From: Promethearchaeota archaeon
GTDB taxonomy: Archaea; Asgardarchaeota; Hermodarchaeia; Hermodarchaeales; Hermodarchaeaceae
Assembly (NCBI GenBank): GCA_048939625.1
Contig: JBHLPH010000034.1
Coordinates: 1-16,343 of the forward strand
DNA length: 16,343 bases
Direction of reading: 5' to 3'
The position numbers were made by a program, and so were the translations under genes. The notes under the pieces were generated by a model. That model ran no database searches, was not told the DNA's origin, and worked only from the letters and a program-made list of their open reading frames with translations. Shown here piece after piece: positions 8,180 through 16,156 of this stretch. How positions within the stretch are numbered: position 1 is the stretch's first letter; each line of letters begins with the position of its first letter.

Positions 8180-8791
8180 GTGTTTCAAGTGACAGAAGAA
8201 GAAATGTCAATTGAAGAAAAAGCAGAAGAAAAATTCTGGATGAATCTGGCACGCCGTTACTGGTATTTCATCGTGATCTTCATCCTGATTTTTGTTGGTG
8301 CAACGGTGGGGTTCATTCTCACCTTGGACTGGTATGTGAAAACCTCAGCCATTGGTGGCTTTGGTACTTGGACATTCAATGATTTCTCTTTAGGAGAAGC
8401 GGTCCTCTGGTGTTTATTCTTATTCCTCTGGACACTTCTTTTCGTTGTGTTACCAGCGCTACTCGTCGGAGGACTTTTTGTTGCCATTGCATGGTTTGTC
8501 GTTCTGCCTGACGAAGTTAAAGCTGAAATCAAAGCACAACCCAAGAAAGTTTCTGGTACTAAAAGGACTGGTGGAAGTGGTGGATTCAGTTTCTTGCTCT
8601 TTGTCGGTGTCTGCCTCAAGGTTTTCCTTGATGGAAATTGGTTCACCAAGTTCGCATTCCTTCCAATCGGTTACTTCATCTATACCTGGCTATTCATCCT
8701 AATTTGGGCTCTCATCATCTTTGGAATCCCAGCAGCAATCATAGGAATTGGTTGGCTCCTCTGGAAAGGCACACAAGACATGAAGACCTGA
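8180..8791 (+). CDS. Hypothetical membrane protein (4-5 TM)
   Basis: Long Trp/Phe-rich hydrophobic segments with a Lys/Gly-rich loop. GTG at 8180 or ATG at 8204. Confidence 0.8.
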   Translation: MFQVTEEEMSIEEKAEEKFWMNLARRYWYFIVIFILIFVGATVGFILTLDWYVKTSAIGGFGTWTFNDFSLGEAVLWCLFLFLWTLLFVVLPALLVGGLFVAIAWFVVLPDEVKAEIKAQPKKVSGTKRTGGSGGFSFLLFVGVCLKVFLDGNWFTKFAFLPIGYFIYTWLFILIWALIIFGIPAAIIGIGWLLWKGTQDMKT

Positions 8792-8850
8792 ATATCCTTT
8801 GGTGAAAATTCTTAACGGAATACTTCGGATTAGGTAGATCCATAATAAAT

Positions 8851-8914
8851 TAAAAAACTAGTACGGCAATTGTTTCACATCAAAGACCATGCCGTACTAG
8901 TTCTCTTATTTTTT
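8851..8914. terminator. Perfect 13-bp inverted repeat between convergent genes; possible bidirectional terminator
   Basis: AACTAGTACGGCA (8856-8868) / TGCCGTACTAGTT (8890-8902) with a 21-nt loop, an A-run on the left and a T-rich run on the right. Confidence 0.55.
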
Positions 8915-8963
8915 GGTTTGTGTCATCTAAATTTTCGATTCGATTTCCACCTTGGTGGCATCT

Positions 8964-10160
8964 CTAGATTGAATTTTCAACGGAGGATTCTTCACCTTTA
9001 GTGCGATTAGACACTAGCTTCCAAGCTGAATCATAGGTCTTTTGAATTAGATATGAAAAGAGAAAGATAAACGGGACAAATAAGAGGACTAAATAGAGGT
9101 TTTCCGCGGCTCGCATGTCGATATTCAGACAAAAGGTCATTAATGTAGTAAAGATAACAAGAAAGATTCTGTGGAAGAGATATACACAATAAGTGGAAAA
9201 CGCGATTACTGAAACTGCTAATACAATTTTACCTTCAGAATAAATAAATCCCACTCCGCGGAAAATAAAATTGAAAAAGAAAATCACGAAAACTACGAAG
9301 ACCATTATTATCAGATTTATCAGAAGTATTACTGATGCAAATTGAAAGAAGTCAGGATGCGATTCTAAAATAATATACAAGTTATATGTTCCGTATTCAA
9401 AAATGAAAAAGGCGTAGCAAAACTGAGTAAGCAACGTGAATGTGACTAGACCTAGAATGGCAAGTAATAGTGGTATAAGGAGCGAGACTTTCGGTCGTAT
9501 TTTTCTCAAGCGATCTTTCACACGGGCGTACTCAGGAGAGGTATAAAATAGAGCCGAAAATATGCCGAAGATGAAAATAAGATAGTACAGGAAAAACCGA
9601 TACTCAACGAGTCCAAAAAGCCCATTAAGAAACACAAAGAATAATAGAATGCCAATAGAAGCTGGTATGATCCATTTTATTGAGTCGAATAGGTTTAGGA
9701 TAATGTAAATCAGATAATATATCACAATTATACCAATAAACCAGAGAGTGAGCATAGGCGGACCAAAATACGGAGCTACGATAATTTGTAATCCTAAAAA
9801 ATGGTACAACAGGTAAAATGGGTTAATGTCTAAATACCCAACAAAAAAGAGAAACAGGATAATGGCAATCCAATACAGAGGAAAAATCCGTATGAATCTC
9901 TTCTTTAGAAAAGCGATTATTTTCTCTGAGGAATTTAGGTTTCGATTATTGGGATTCAAATAGAGACCAAATCCTGAAACAAACACAAATGACCCCATCG
10001 CGACGTATATTCCCACATTATTTACCAAGAACACCCCGAAAGAATCTAAGTCAAAGTAAAAGTTATAAGCATAGCTTAGAGGTATATGAATTAATATTAC
10101 AACGATTAATATCGATATTATGCGAATTATATCGATTTCAGGGAATTTCTGGTTTGTCAT
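8964..10160 (-). CDS. Acyltransferase family 3 (OafA/YrhL-like) membrane O-acyltransferase
   Basis: Motifs EIDIIR..SIL.V...H, FVFVSGFGL, KKRFIRIFPLYW, LWFI and STYCVYLFH; about 10 TM helices. Confidence 0.88.
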   Translation of the reverse strand: MTNQKFPEIDIIRIISILIVVILIHIPLSYAYNFYFDLDSFGVFLVNNVGIYVAMGSFVFVSGFGLYLNPNNRNLNSSEKIIAFLKKRFIRIFPLYWIAIILFLFFVGYLDINPFYLLYHFLGLQIIVAPYFGPPMLTLWFIGIIVIYYLIYIILNLFDSIKWIIPASIGILLFFVFLNGLFGLVEYRFFLYYLIFIFGIFSALFYTSPEYARVKDRLRKIRPKVSLLIPLLLAILGLVTFTLLTQFCYAFFIFEYGTYNLYIILESHPDFFQFASVILLINLIIMVFVVFVIFFFNFIFRGVGFIYSEGKIVLAVSVIAFSTYCVYLFHRIFLVIFTTLMTFCLNIDMRAAENLYLVLLFVPFIFLFSYLIQKTYDSAWKLVSNRTKGEESSVENSI

Positions 10161-10500
10161 CTAAGAGTATCTCACATCAGAGGTAAGTCAATGCGAGTTT
10201 TCGTCCGATTATTAAATAATTACAGGAACCAGCAAGATTAGAAATTCGCAACATCACTCATTTTACTTCCCAAAACCGAACCATGTCAGGCGTTTTTTTG
10301 ACTTGATATATTTCTCTAATGGTTTTCTCTTCTTTCGCCATATCAGAAGAGATCCTTTCTAGTAGAATCAACCAATCTTTTGTCAAGATAATGTAAAGCT
10401 GGCTTACTGGCTGACATCGGTTTACTCACAAAATATACCGTTCTGAATTTTTTTCTTAGAGTAGTGCTCTTCATATCTACGATAAATGATTAAATCACAA

Positions 10501-10740
10501 TTATGACTTTTGGCGGGTATAGTAAAAGGCGACGAGAACCATTATGACGAAAAAGGCGATATGGCTGATGGCATATCCAATAAGGATTGGGAATATTAAA
10601 ACATGACCAACAAAAATGAGGGCAAGAACGAAAATAGCATTTGAAAGAATGAGAAATGCAAATAACACGAGGACTACCCACATCTCTTTAGTGAAACCGT
10701 TGTGTTGATATTCTGAACTAGTTGTCGTCGAATTATCCAT
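10501..10740 (-). CDS. Small hypothetical membrane protein (2 TM)
   Basis: ATG start, GAGGG upstream, AAAGGTTATA promoter-like element ~31 nt upstream, and two hydrophobic helices. Confidence 0.6.
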   Translation of the reverse strand: MDNSTTTSSEYQHNGFTKEMWVVLVLFAFLILSNAIFVLALIFVGHVLIFPILIGYAISHIAFFVIMVLVAFYYTRQKS

Positions 10741-10967
10741 GTAGAATATCCCTCGAATAAAGGATAGAAACTATAACCTTTATCTTTTAAGGCATGAGTC
10801 CGGTAGATATCAATACTGTTTTCTAGGGAAATTTGGCTTTCCATGGACTCTTATTATCGCGTTTCTTGTCATTTGGCGATTTTAAATCCAACCAAATAGC
10901 AATTAAAACTCTGTAGGGGGAATGCAAAAAAATAGTGGTGGATACAAAATAGTTGAGGTTTTAAAGT

Positions 10968-11174
10968 ATGCCAATTGCTCACATTCATCTATGGAAAGGT
11001 TTCTCGGATGAAAAAATCAAAGAGATAATTGAAGGGATAACAAGTGTTTTCGTAAAAATTGGTATTCCCTCGCGTGCAGTAGAAGTAATTGTTCATGAAA
11101 TTCCTAAAACGCATTGGGGAGTTGATGGTAAACCAGCAACGCAATCGTTGAAGGATTGGCAGCCACCTGAATAA
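10968..11174 (+). CDS. 4-oxalocrotonate tautomerase family protein
   Basis: 68 aa with catalytic Pro-1 (MPIAHIHL), a beta-alpha-beta pattern and VIVHEIPKTHWGVDG; SD GAGGT 7 nt upstream. Confidence 0.9.
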   Translation: MPIAHIHLWKGFSDEKIKEIIEGITSVFVKIGIPSRAVEVIVHEIPKTHWGVDGKPATQSLKDWQPPE

Positions 11175-11287
11175 CTGTTCAAGGTGAAGAGCCTAATCTT
11201 TCGCCCTTTCAATGGGCTTTGCCAAGTCTAAGGCATTTGAGAGCGATTTTACGATCTTTGGATTACTCGTATGGTGAAGCTGACTTG

Positions 11288-11656
11288 CTATTCGCTTTCC
11301 TTTTTCCAACGTTTGAAAATGAGCACTCCGAGTGTTATCCAGATTGGGTATATAGCGATGAGGATTGCGGAAATTGCGTCGATTAAACCTGTTGTGTTTA
11401 CAGATTCGAAGTTGAATAGGAGTGAGTTAATCATGTAGTCTCGTCCGGAGGTGGCAAGTGGGTAAAATGGCATCCACATCCAGTCAAGAATTGGATTGTT
11501 GAGATACAGGGTGATGCCAGCGAATGTCATAACGATGAGGCTGAAGTAGATAAGAACCTTATCGATGGGCAGAGCTGTGTAACGTTTTGTATAGGATCCA
11601 ATGAGGAGAGATAGGAATCCAAAGAATATGAGGAGAAAGGGATCAATGAGAAACAT
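11288..11656 (-). CDS. Hypothetical membrane protein (3 TM), 45 bp downstream of the oxidoreductase operon
   Basis: Three hydrophobic segments, SD-like GTGAGG before the ATG, and a basic C-terminal tail. Confidence 0.75.
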   Translation of the reverse strand: MFLIDPFLLIFFGFLSLLIGSYTKRYTALPIDKVLIYFSLIVMTFAGITLYLNNPILDWMWMPFYPLATSGRDYMINSLLFNFESVNTTGLIDAISAILIAIYPIWITLGVLIFKRWKKESE

Positions 11657-11701
11657 AAGCCCTCACTGGGTAGAATGCCATATTTGAATCTGAAGGTTGG
11701 G

Positions 11702-13276
11702 CTACTTTTTCACAGACACATAGTGTCCTGGGTCAGCAACACCATTGGGATCAAGGGCTTTCTTTATTTTTCGTAACCAGTTTTGGTAATTACTAGTACT
11801 AGGTCCGAAGTAATCATGGATTCGATCGCCCACGATGAAGAATGGAATTCCTAAGCTGTGTTTGATATCAGCTTCATTACATTCATCAAGGTAATCCGCA
11901 TAGCCTTTACAGGATTCGGGGTCTGAAGGTTCGTAAATGGTAGGGATTTCCATATGGGCCATGTGCCCTCCTTCATAGCCGGTAATCCACATTCCCTCAC
12001 CTCGATCATCCCCGATGACTTTCTTTTCGATATATTTTTGTTTGATTGGTTTGTTGACTTTTCCGATGTTCAGGGACATAGAAATGGTATCCATGCCACC
12101 GTGAGTACTTTGGAAACATGAAGTGAATCTAAATGCGTGGCTTCCAAGCATATTCCGGATGCCCTCCGCGTAGTGCATAGGCATGGGTTTAACGAGACCA
12201 GATTCAATAAGGTCTTCGCCTCCATACTTTTCTAGAATAGCTTGAATGAATTGATGACGATAATTGAATTCTCTTTTTGTGTGTGCCGAAATTAAAATGA
12301 CGAAGTAGCGTTGAACCTTGGTCATTATACCGCTCATTATTGCTTCTACAGCTTGTTCCTTCGTGTTTGTGAACATGGTAGCTAATCCTTCTTGAGATGA
12401 GGCCATAGCCATCATGCTGATGTCAGCATCGTTGACATCATAGAAAGCTTTCTCAAATGTATCCCAGTCTGGAAAATTGAGCACATACATTCTCCAGAAA
12501 GGTGGCAGATTCCATTCATAGTTAGGAATTGTACCCTTCATTTGCCAGTTCCAATTTTCTGGAGCTGGCCAAGAAAAGAGACGAATAGCAGACTTTGTAA
12601 ACACTCCTAATCCACCATAGGTACCCATTAGCCCCCGCATCACACCACGTAAACTCGGTCCTGGGCCATCGCCCGAGAACCATTCACCTGTATGATCAAA
12701 CGACCCAAGCCGAAGAATCTCGCCTGTAGGAAGTACCCACTCAACACCTAATAGGTTCCTTCCGCTGAATCCTGTGTAAGAAGATGTAAATCCTGGTCCC
12801 ACCATGGAGGTATGACTAGCCAATGGTGAGGTTTGAGGTCCACCTCCTTGGGCGTGATGCATTAGTCCTACTTTGATTGTCTCAGCCTGGAGTTGGGCAT
12901 TAGTCACATAAGGTTCAATAACTGCATACTTGTTCTCGATATTGATTTCTAAAATTCGATTCATCCGACGTAGATCGATTTGAATTCCTTCTTCATTCGT
13001 CACTCCTGCCCATGCTCCAAATCCAGTACTATGAGGCTTGAACTGTATTCGATGTTTATTGCATATTTTCACAATTTGCTGAACTTCATCTGTAGATGCT
13101 GGAAGGATTACTGCTGCTGGTCGTGCCCCGAAACGAGTTGCATCCAGACCACATTGTGCATTTTCTATTTCGTTGCACCATTGAAATGCATATGTGTCAA
13201 GAATCGAAGGTTCTTGTGTGATATTATCTGGTCCAACAAGGGATTGTAATGCTTTGTAAACATCTGGCCTAAGCAT
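11702..13276 (-). CDS. FAD-binding oxidoreductase, VAO/PCMH (GlcD-like) family
   Basis: Motifs RPAAVILPASTDEVQQIVK, PHSTGFGAWAG, IDLRRMNRILEI, VIEPYV, LLGVEWVLPTGE, GTYGGLGVFT and C-terminal KKALDPNGVADPG. Confidence 0.9.
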   Translation of the reverse strand: MLRPDVYKALQSLVGPDNITQEPSILDTYAFQWCNEIENAQCGLDATRFGARPAAVILPASTDEVQQIVKICNKHRIQFKPHSTGFGAWAGVTNEEGIQIDLRRMNRILEINIENKYAVIEPYVTNAQLQAETIKVGLMHHAQGGGPQTSPLASHTSMVGPGFTSSYTGFSGRNLLGVEWVLPTGEILRLGSFDHTGEWFSGDGPGPSLRGVMRGLMGTYGGLGVFTKSAIRLFSWPAPENWNWQMKGTIPNYEWNLPPFWRMYVLNFPDWDTFEKAFYDVNDADISMMAMASSQEGLATMFTNTKEQAVEAIMSGIMTKVQRYFVILISAHTKREFNYRHQFIQAILEKYGGEDLIESGLVKPMPMHYAEGIRNMLGSHAFRFTSCFQSTHGGMDTISMSLNIGKVNKPIKQKYIEKKVIGDDRGEGMWITGYEGGHMAHMEIPTIYEPSDPESCKGYADYLDECNEADIKHSLGIPFFIVGDRIHDYFGPSTSNYQNWLRKIKKALDPNGVADPGHYVSVKK

Positions 13277-14547
13277 TAGTCGTTCCCTCCTGCACTCTGA
13301 AGTACTAATTCAGTTAAGTCGAAAAACTTCATTTTCATGCCGCGTGCTTTCATCGCATCTTGAAAATTCGTTGAACAGAAAGGACAACATGATACGAGGG
13401 CCTCTGCAGTAGTTGCTTCTGCTTCATCGAGTCGGCGATTTGCCGTCCATAAAGCAAAGTCCGGGTATTGCGCTTTGACGCCGCCTCCTGCCCCACAACA
13501 ATAAGTATACTCTCGGATTCGTTCCATCTCATAAAATTCTACACCAGGGATTTGATGAAGGACATTACGGGGTGAATCGTATATGCCCTCTGCACCGCGA
13601 CGCACTGGTTTTGGTGGGATGTTCAGATATACACGTGTTAAGACTTCAACACGCTCGCCTTGCCAAGGTCTATAGGGTTCTGCCATCCGACCCAGATGGC
13701 AAGGATCATGATAGGTGATTTTCAAAGGAACCTTCTTTGTAAGCTTGAGCTTTCCGATTTCAATCAACTGCTCTAGGACTTGTGAAGTGTGCACGACTTC
13801 AATATCCCAATCAATAAAACGTGGGTATTCGACTTTGAGCATGTTATAGCAACCTGCACAGCTCGTGATAAGGCGTCGAACCCCTCGCTCCTTGAATCGT
13901 TCAAGATTCTCTTTCATATATTTGATAGCTCGTTTTCTATCACCAACACGGAAGACTGGACTACCACAACAAAACTCATCTTCCCCAAAGAGATTGAACT
14001 TCTCGCCACCTTGGTTTAACAAGCGAACGGTTGCTTTAGCAATTTCTTGCCGCCGATATGATGCCGTACACCCAACGAAGTAAAATGTGGTAGCATCTGT
14101 ATCTAGCTCCACATCCTCAGGTAACCAATCCAATCGTCGGGATTGGTCTTCACCATAAGGATTATGGGTGGAATCGACATTTGAAATGTAGCCTTTGTGT
14201 TTTGGCATAGGACCTACGCCATTTTCAACGCAGTGAGTTCGTAATTCATGAATAACCTCGTTGGGTTCTAAATCATAGATGAATTTACAAGCGACCTCAC
14301 AGCCCCCACAATTGGTACACCGGTAAAGCACATCAAGTAGTTCAGGTGTAATCTCAATGCGCCCCTTCAGCAAGGCATTAGCCATAATCATACGTCCCCC
14401 TCCGGAATAGGCATGAAAATTATAGTGCTCGATTGAAGGGCAGATGTGGGAGAATTCCTTACTTTTGATTTGTAAGGCGGGGATGAATTTACATTTCGAA
14501 CAGCGGGAACAGCTGTCCATTATGGTTTCAAAGTCGTTTAGTGTCAA
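13276..14547 (-). CDS. Fe-S oxidoreductase with a 2x[4Fe-4S] domain and two CCG domains (GlpC/GlcF/HdrD-like)
   Basis: Motifs CSRCSKC...CP, CTNCGGCEVAC, FVGC, CCGSP, SCAGC, YHDPCHLGR, CCGAGGG and CPFC. Start is TTG 14547 (after GGAGTGA) or GTG 14556 overlapping the upstream stop. Its stop overlaps the next ATG (TAATG). Confidence 0.92.
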   Translation of the reverse strand: MTLNDFETIMDSCSRCSKCKFIPALQIKSKEFSHICPSIEHYNFHAYSGGGRMIMANALLKGRIEITPELLDVLYRCTNCGGCEVACKFIYDLEPNEVIHELRTHCVENGVGPMPKHKGYISNVDSTHNPYGEDQSRRLDWLPEDVELDTDATTFYFVGCTASYRRQEIAKATVRLLNQGGEKFNLFGEDEFCCGSPVFRVGDRKRAIKYMKENLERFKERGVRRLITSCAGCYNMLKVEYPRFIDWDIEVVHTSQVLEQLIEIGKLKLTKKVPLKITYHDPCHLGRMAEPYRPWQGERVEVLTRVYLNIPPKPVRRGAEGIYDSPRNVLHQIPGVEFYEMERIREYTYCCGAGGGVKAQYPDFALWTANRRLDEAEATTAEALVSCCPFCSTNFQDAMKARGMKMKFFDLTELVLQSAGGND

Positions 14548-14552
14548 TGAGC

Positions 14553-16028
14553 TCACTCCGAAAAACACAGTTTGTCGGGATTTAAGACCCCATTGGGATC
14601 AAAAATCGACTTGACGGTTCGTAATATGGCAATGGTTTCTAGTGATCCTTTCTCATAAATCTCATTAGCAATGGGTACAAGAGGCCGACTAAAGAATGCA
14701 CCATTTTTAAGGAGAACTCGGCTACCCTCCACGTACGCTTCTTTTATATTGGAAAGTTCTTGGACATCCTGAGGGTTATAGAATAGATCAAATTCACAAT
14801 GAACATGGTTACCCTGTACGAGAGGTTGAATATACACCCCAATCTGGTCGATTTTACTTGATTGGATATTTTCAAGAAAAAGTGCTGTAAGTTCTGATGT
14901 CCGATTCAAGGTAGTTAAGAAAAAGACTTCTTGACACCCCCCGCGAAGTCGAAGCTTCCAAAATGGTTCTGAACAGCTTTGATCTAATACTTTCAAGAAT
15001 TCGGTTCCCATAACTACCCCAATCTTTGGCTGCATTATGGTTGAGGTTTTGTTGGCAATTTCTTTGAGGTCTCCTTCTACATAGTCTATTTCATCCTGCG
15101 GGAGTATCCCATGTCCTGAAATAGAAATGACCAAGATCCATTCAGGTAAAGACTCAATCAGACTTTGAATCTCTGTTGTAGTTGTTCGAAGCAATGAGGC
15201 GAAATTAACCCTATTAAGTATGAATAAATGGTCACCTAATCTTCGTTTTAGAACATGATATGTGAAACCGTACAGCTCATTTAGTGAATCTGAACTTACG
15301 AAGAATACCTTCTGCATCTTGGGGGTTCTTTCACATTTGATAGTCGCCCAAGAAACAATTCCAAGAGTCCCTTGTGATCCTTGGAGAATTCTAAATGGAT
15401 CAAATTGAGAGGGGCCTAAAGGGTTTTTTTGGGCTTGACCAGAAGCCCATTGCTCTTCGAGTGTTCCAGGTCCTGCTGCTGAACCTGTTCGAAATAGGTC
15501 ACCTGATCCGAATATTGTTTCAGTACACAAAAGAGGATCAGATGTATCCCAATGAAACCGTGGAATAGTAATTGGTTCTCGATCCAAAGCACTAGTAACA
15601 ACAGATTTCGAAGCAGGTGGGAAAAGGGGCATTAAGAGTCGAAGGTTCTTCGTTTTGAGTACTTCTAGTAGCTGTTGGAATGTCACTCCGGCTTGGACCA
15701 TTACGACTTTGTTTTTCTCGTCTATTCTTAATATTTGGTTCATTCGACTCAAATCAACCATAATGGCGTTGTTGACATTTGGAATAGCGTCAGAGCGTAA
15801 TTTCGGAGCCTGGGAGCTTGTTGGAATAAGTGCGAGATTGAGTTCGTTTGCGAGTTGGACCAATTGCTGAATTTCTTGGCTGGTCTGGGCATATACAATA
15901 AACTGAGGGCGTTTACCAGAGAAGGTGTTTTGATTATCTTTAAACAAATCAAGAGCTTCTTCGTTAATTGAGATATTCTCTTTGCTAACAATACGTGTAA
16001 TTTCATCACTAAGAGTTTTTTCAGACAA
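14553..16028 (-). CDS. Second FAD-binding oxidoreductase-like subunit, VAO/PCMH family, with a degenerate Gly-rich loop
   Basis: Motifs RPQFIVYAQTSQEIQQLV, VDLSRMNQILRID, VQAGVTF, GSQGTLGIV and KSIFDPNGVLNP. TTG at 16028 is preferred over 16067 because AAGGAG lies 9 nt upstream. Confidence 0.88.
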   Translation of the reverse strand: MSEKTLSDEITRIVSKENISINEEALDLFKDNQNTFSGKRPQFIVYAQTSQEIQQLVQLANELNLALIPTSSQAPKLRSDAIPNVNNAIMVDLSRMNQILRIDEKNKVVMVQAGVTFQQLLEVLKTKNLRLLMPLFPPASKSVVTSALDREPITIPRFHWDTSDPLLCTETIFGSGDLFRTGSAAGPGTLEEQWASGQAQKNPLGPSQFDPFRILQGSQGTLGIVSWATIKCERTPKMQKVFFVSSDSLNELYGFTYHVLKRRLGDHLFILNRVNFASLLRTTTTEIQSLIESLPEWILVISISGHGILPQDEIDYVEGDLKEIANKTSTIMQPKIGVVMGTEFLKVLDQSCSEPFWKLRLRGGCQEVFFLTTLNRTSELTALFLENIQSSKIDQIGVYIQPLVQGNHVHCEFDLFYNPQDVQELSNIKEAYVEGSRVLLKNGAFFSRPLVPIANEIYEKGSLETIAILRTVKSIFDPNGVLNPDKLCFSE

Positions 16029-16071
16029 GGAGTGAATCTCCTTTAGTGGAAAGAGATGCCTACACAACGCT

Positions 16072-16117
16072 AGAAGGTATTAAGAGTTGATGCTTCAACT
16101 ATTATACTTAATTAAAA
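16072..16117. promoter_or_regulatory. Overlapping divergent promoters with central palindrome AGTTGA-TGCT-TCAACT
   Basis: + strand AGAAGGTATTAAG (16072-16084); palindrome at 16085-16100; - strand TTTTAATTAAGTATAAT (16117-16101). Confidence 0.5.
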
Positions 16118-16156
16118 CAAGCAAGTCTATTGATTTCATTCCCATGGTGAGAAATT

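Noticed and set aside
11702-16028. Assigning glcD/glcE/glcF, dld or hdrD gene symbols
   Set aside because: Family-level similarity is clear, but the diagnostic EHG motif is missing, so orthology and substrate are unsupported.
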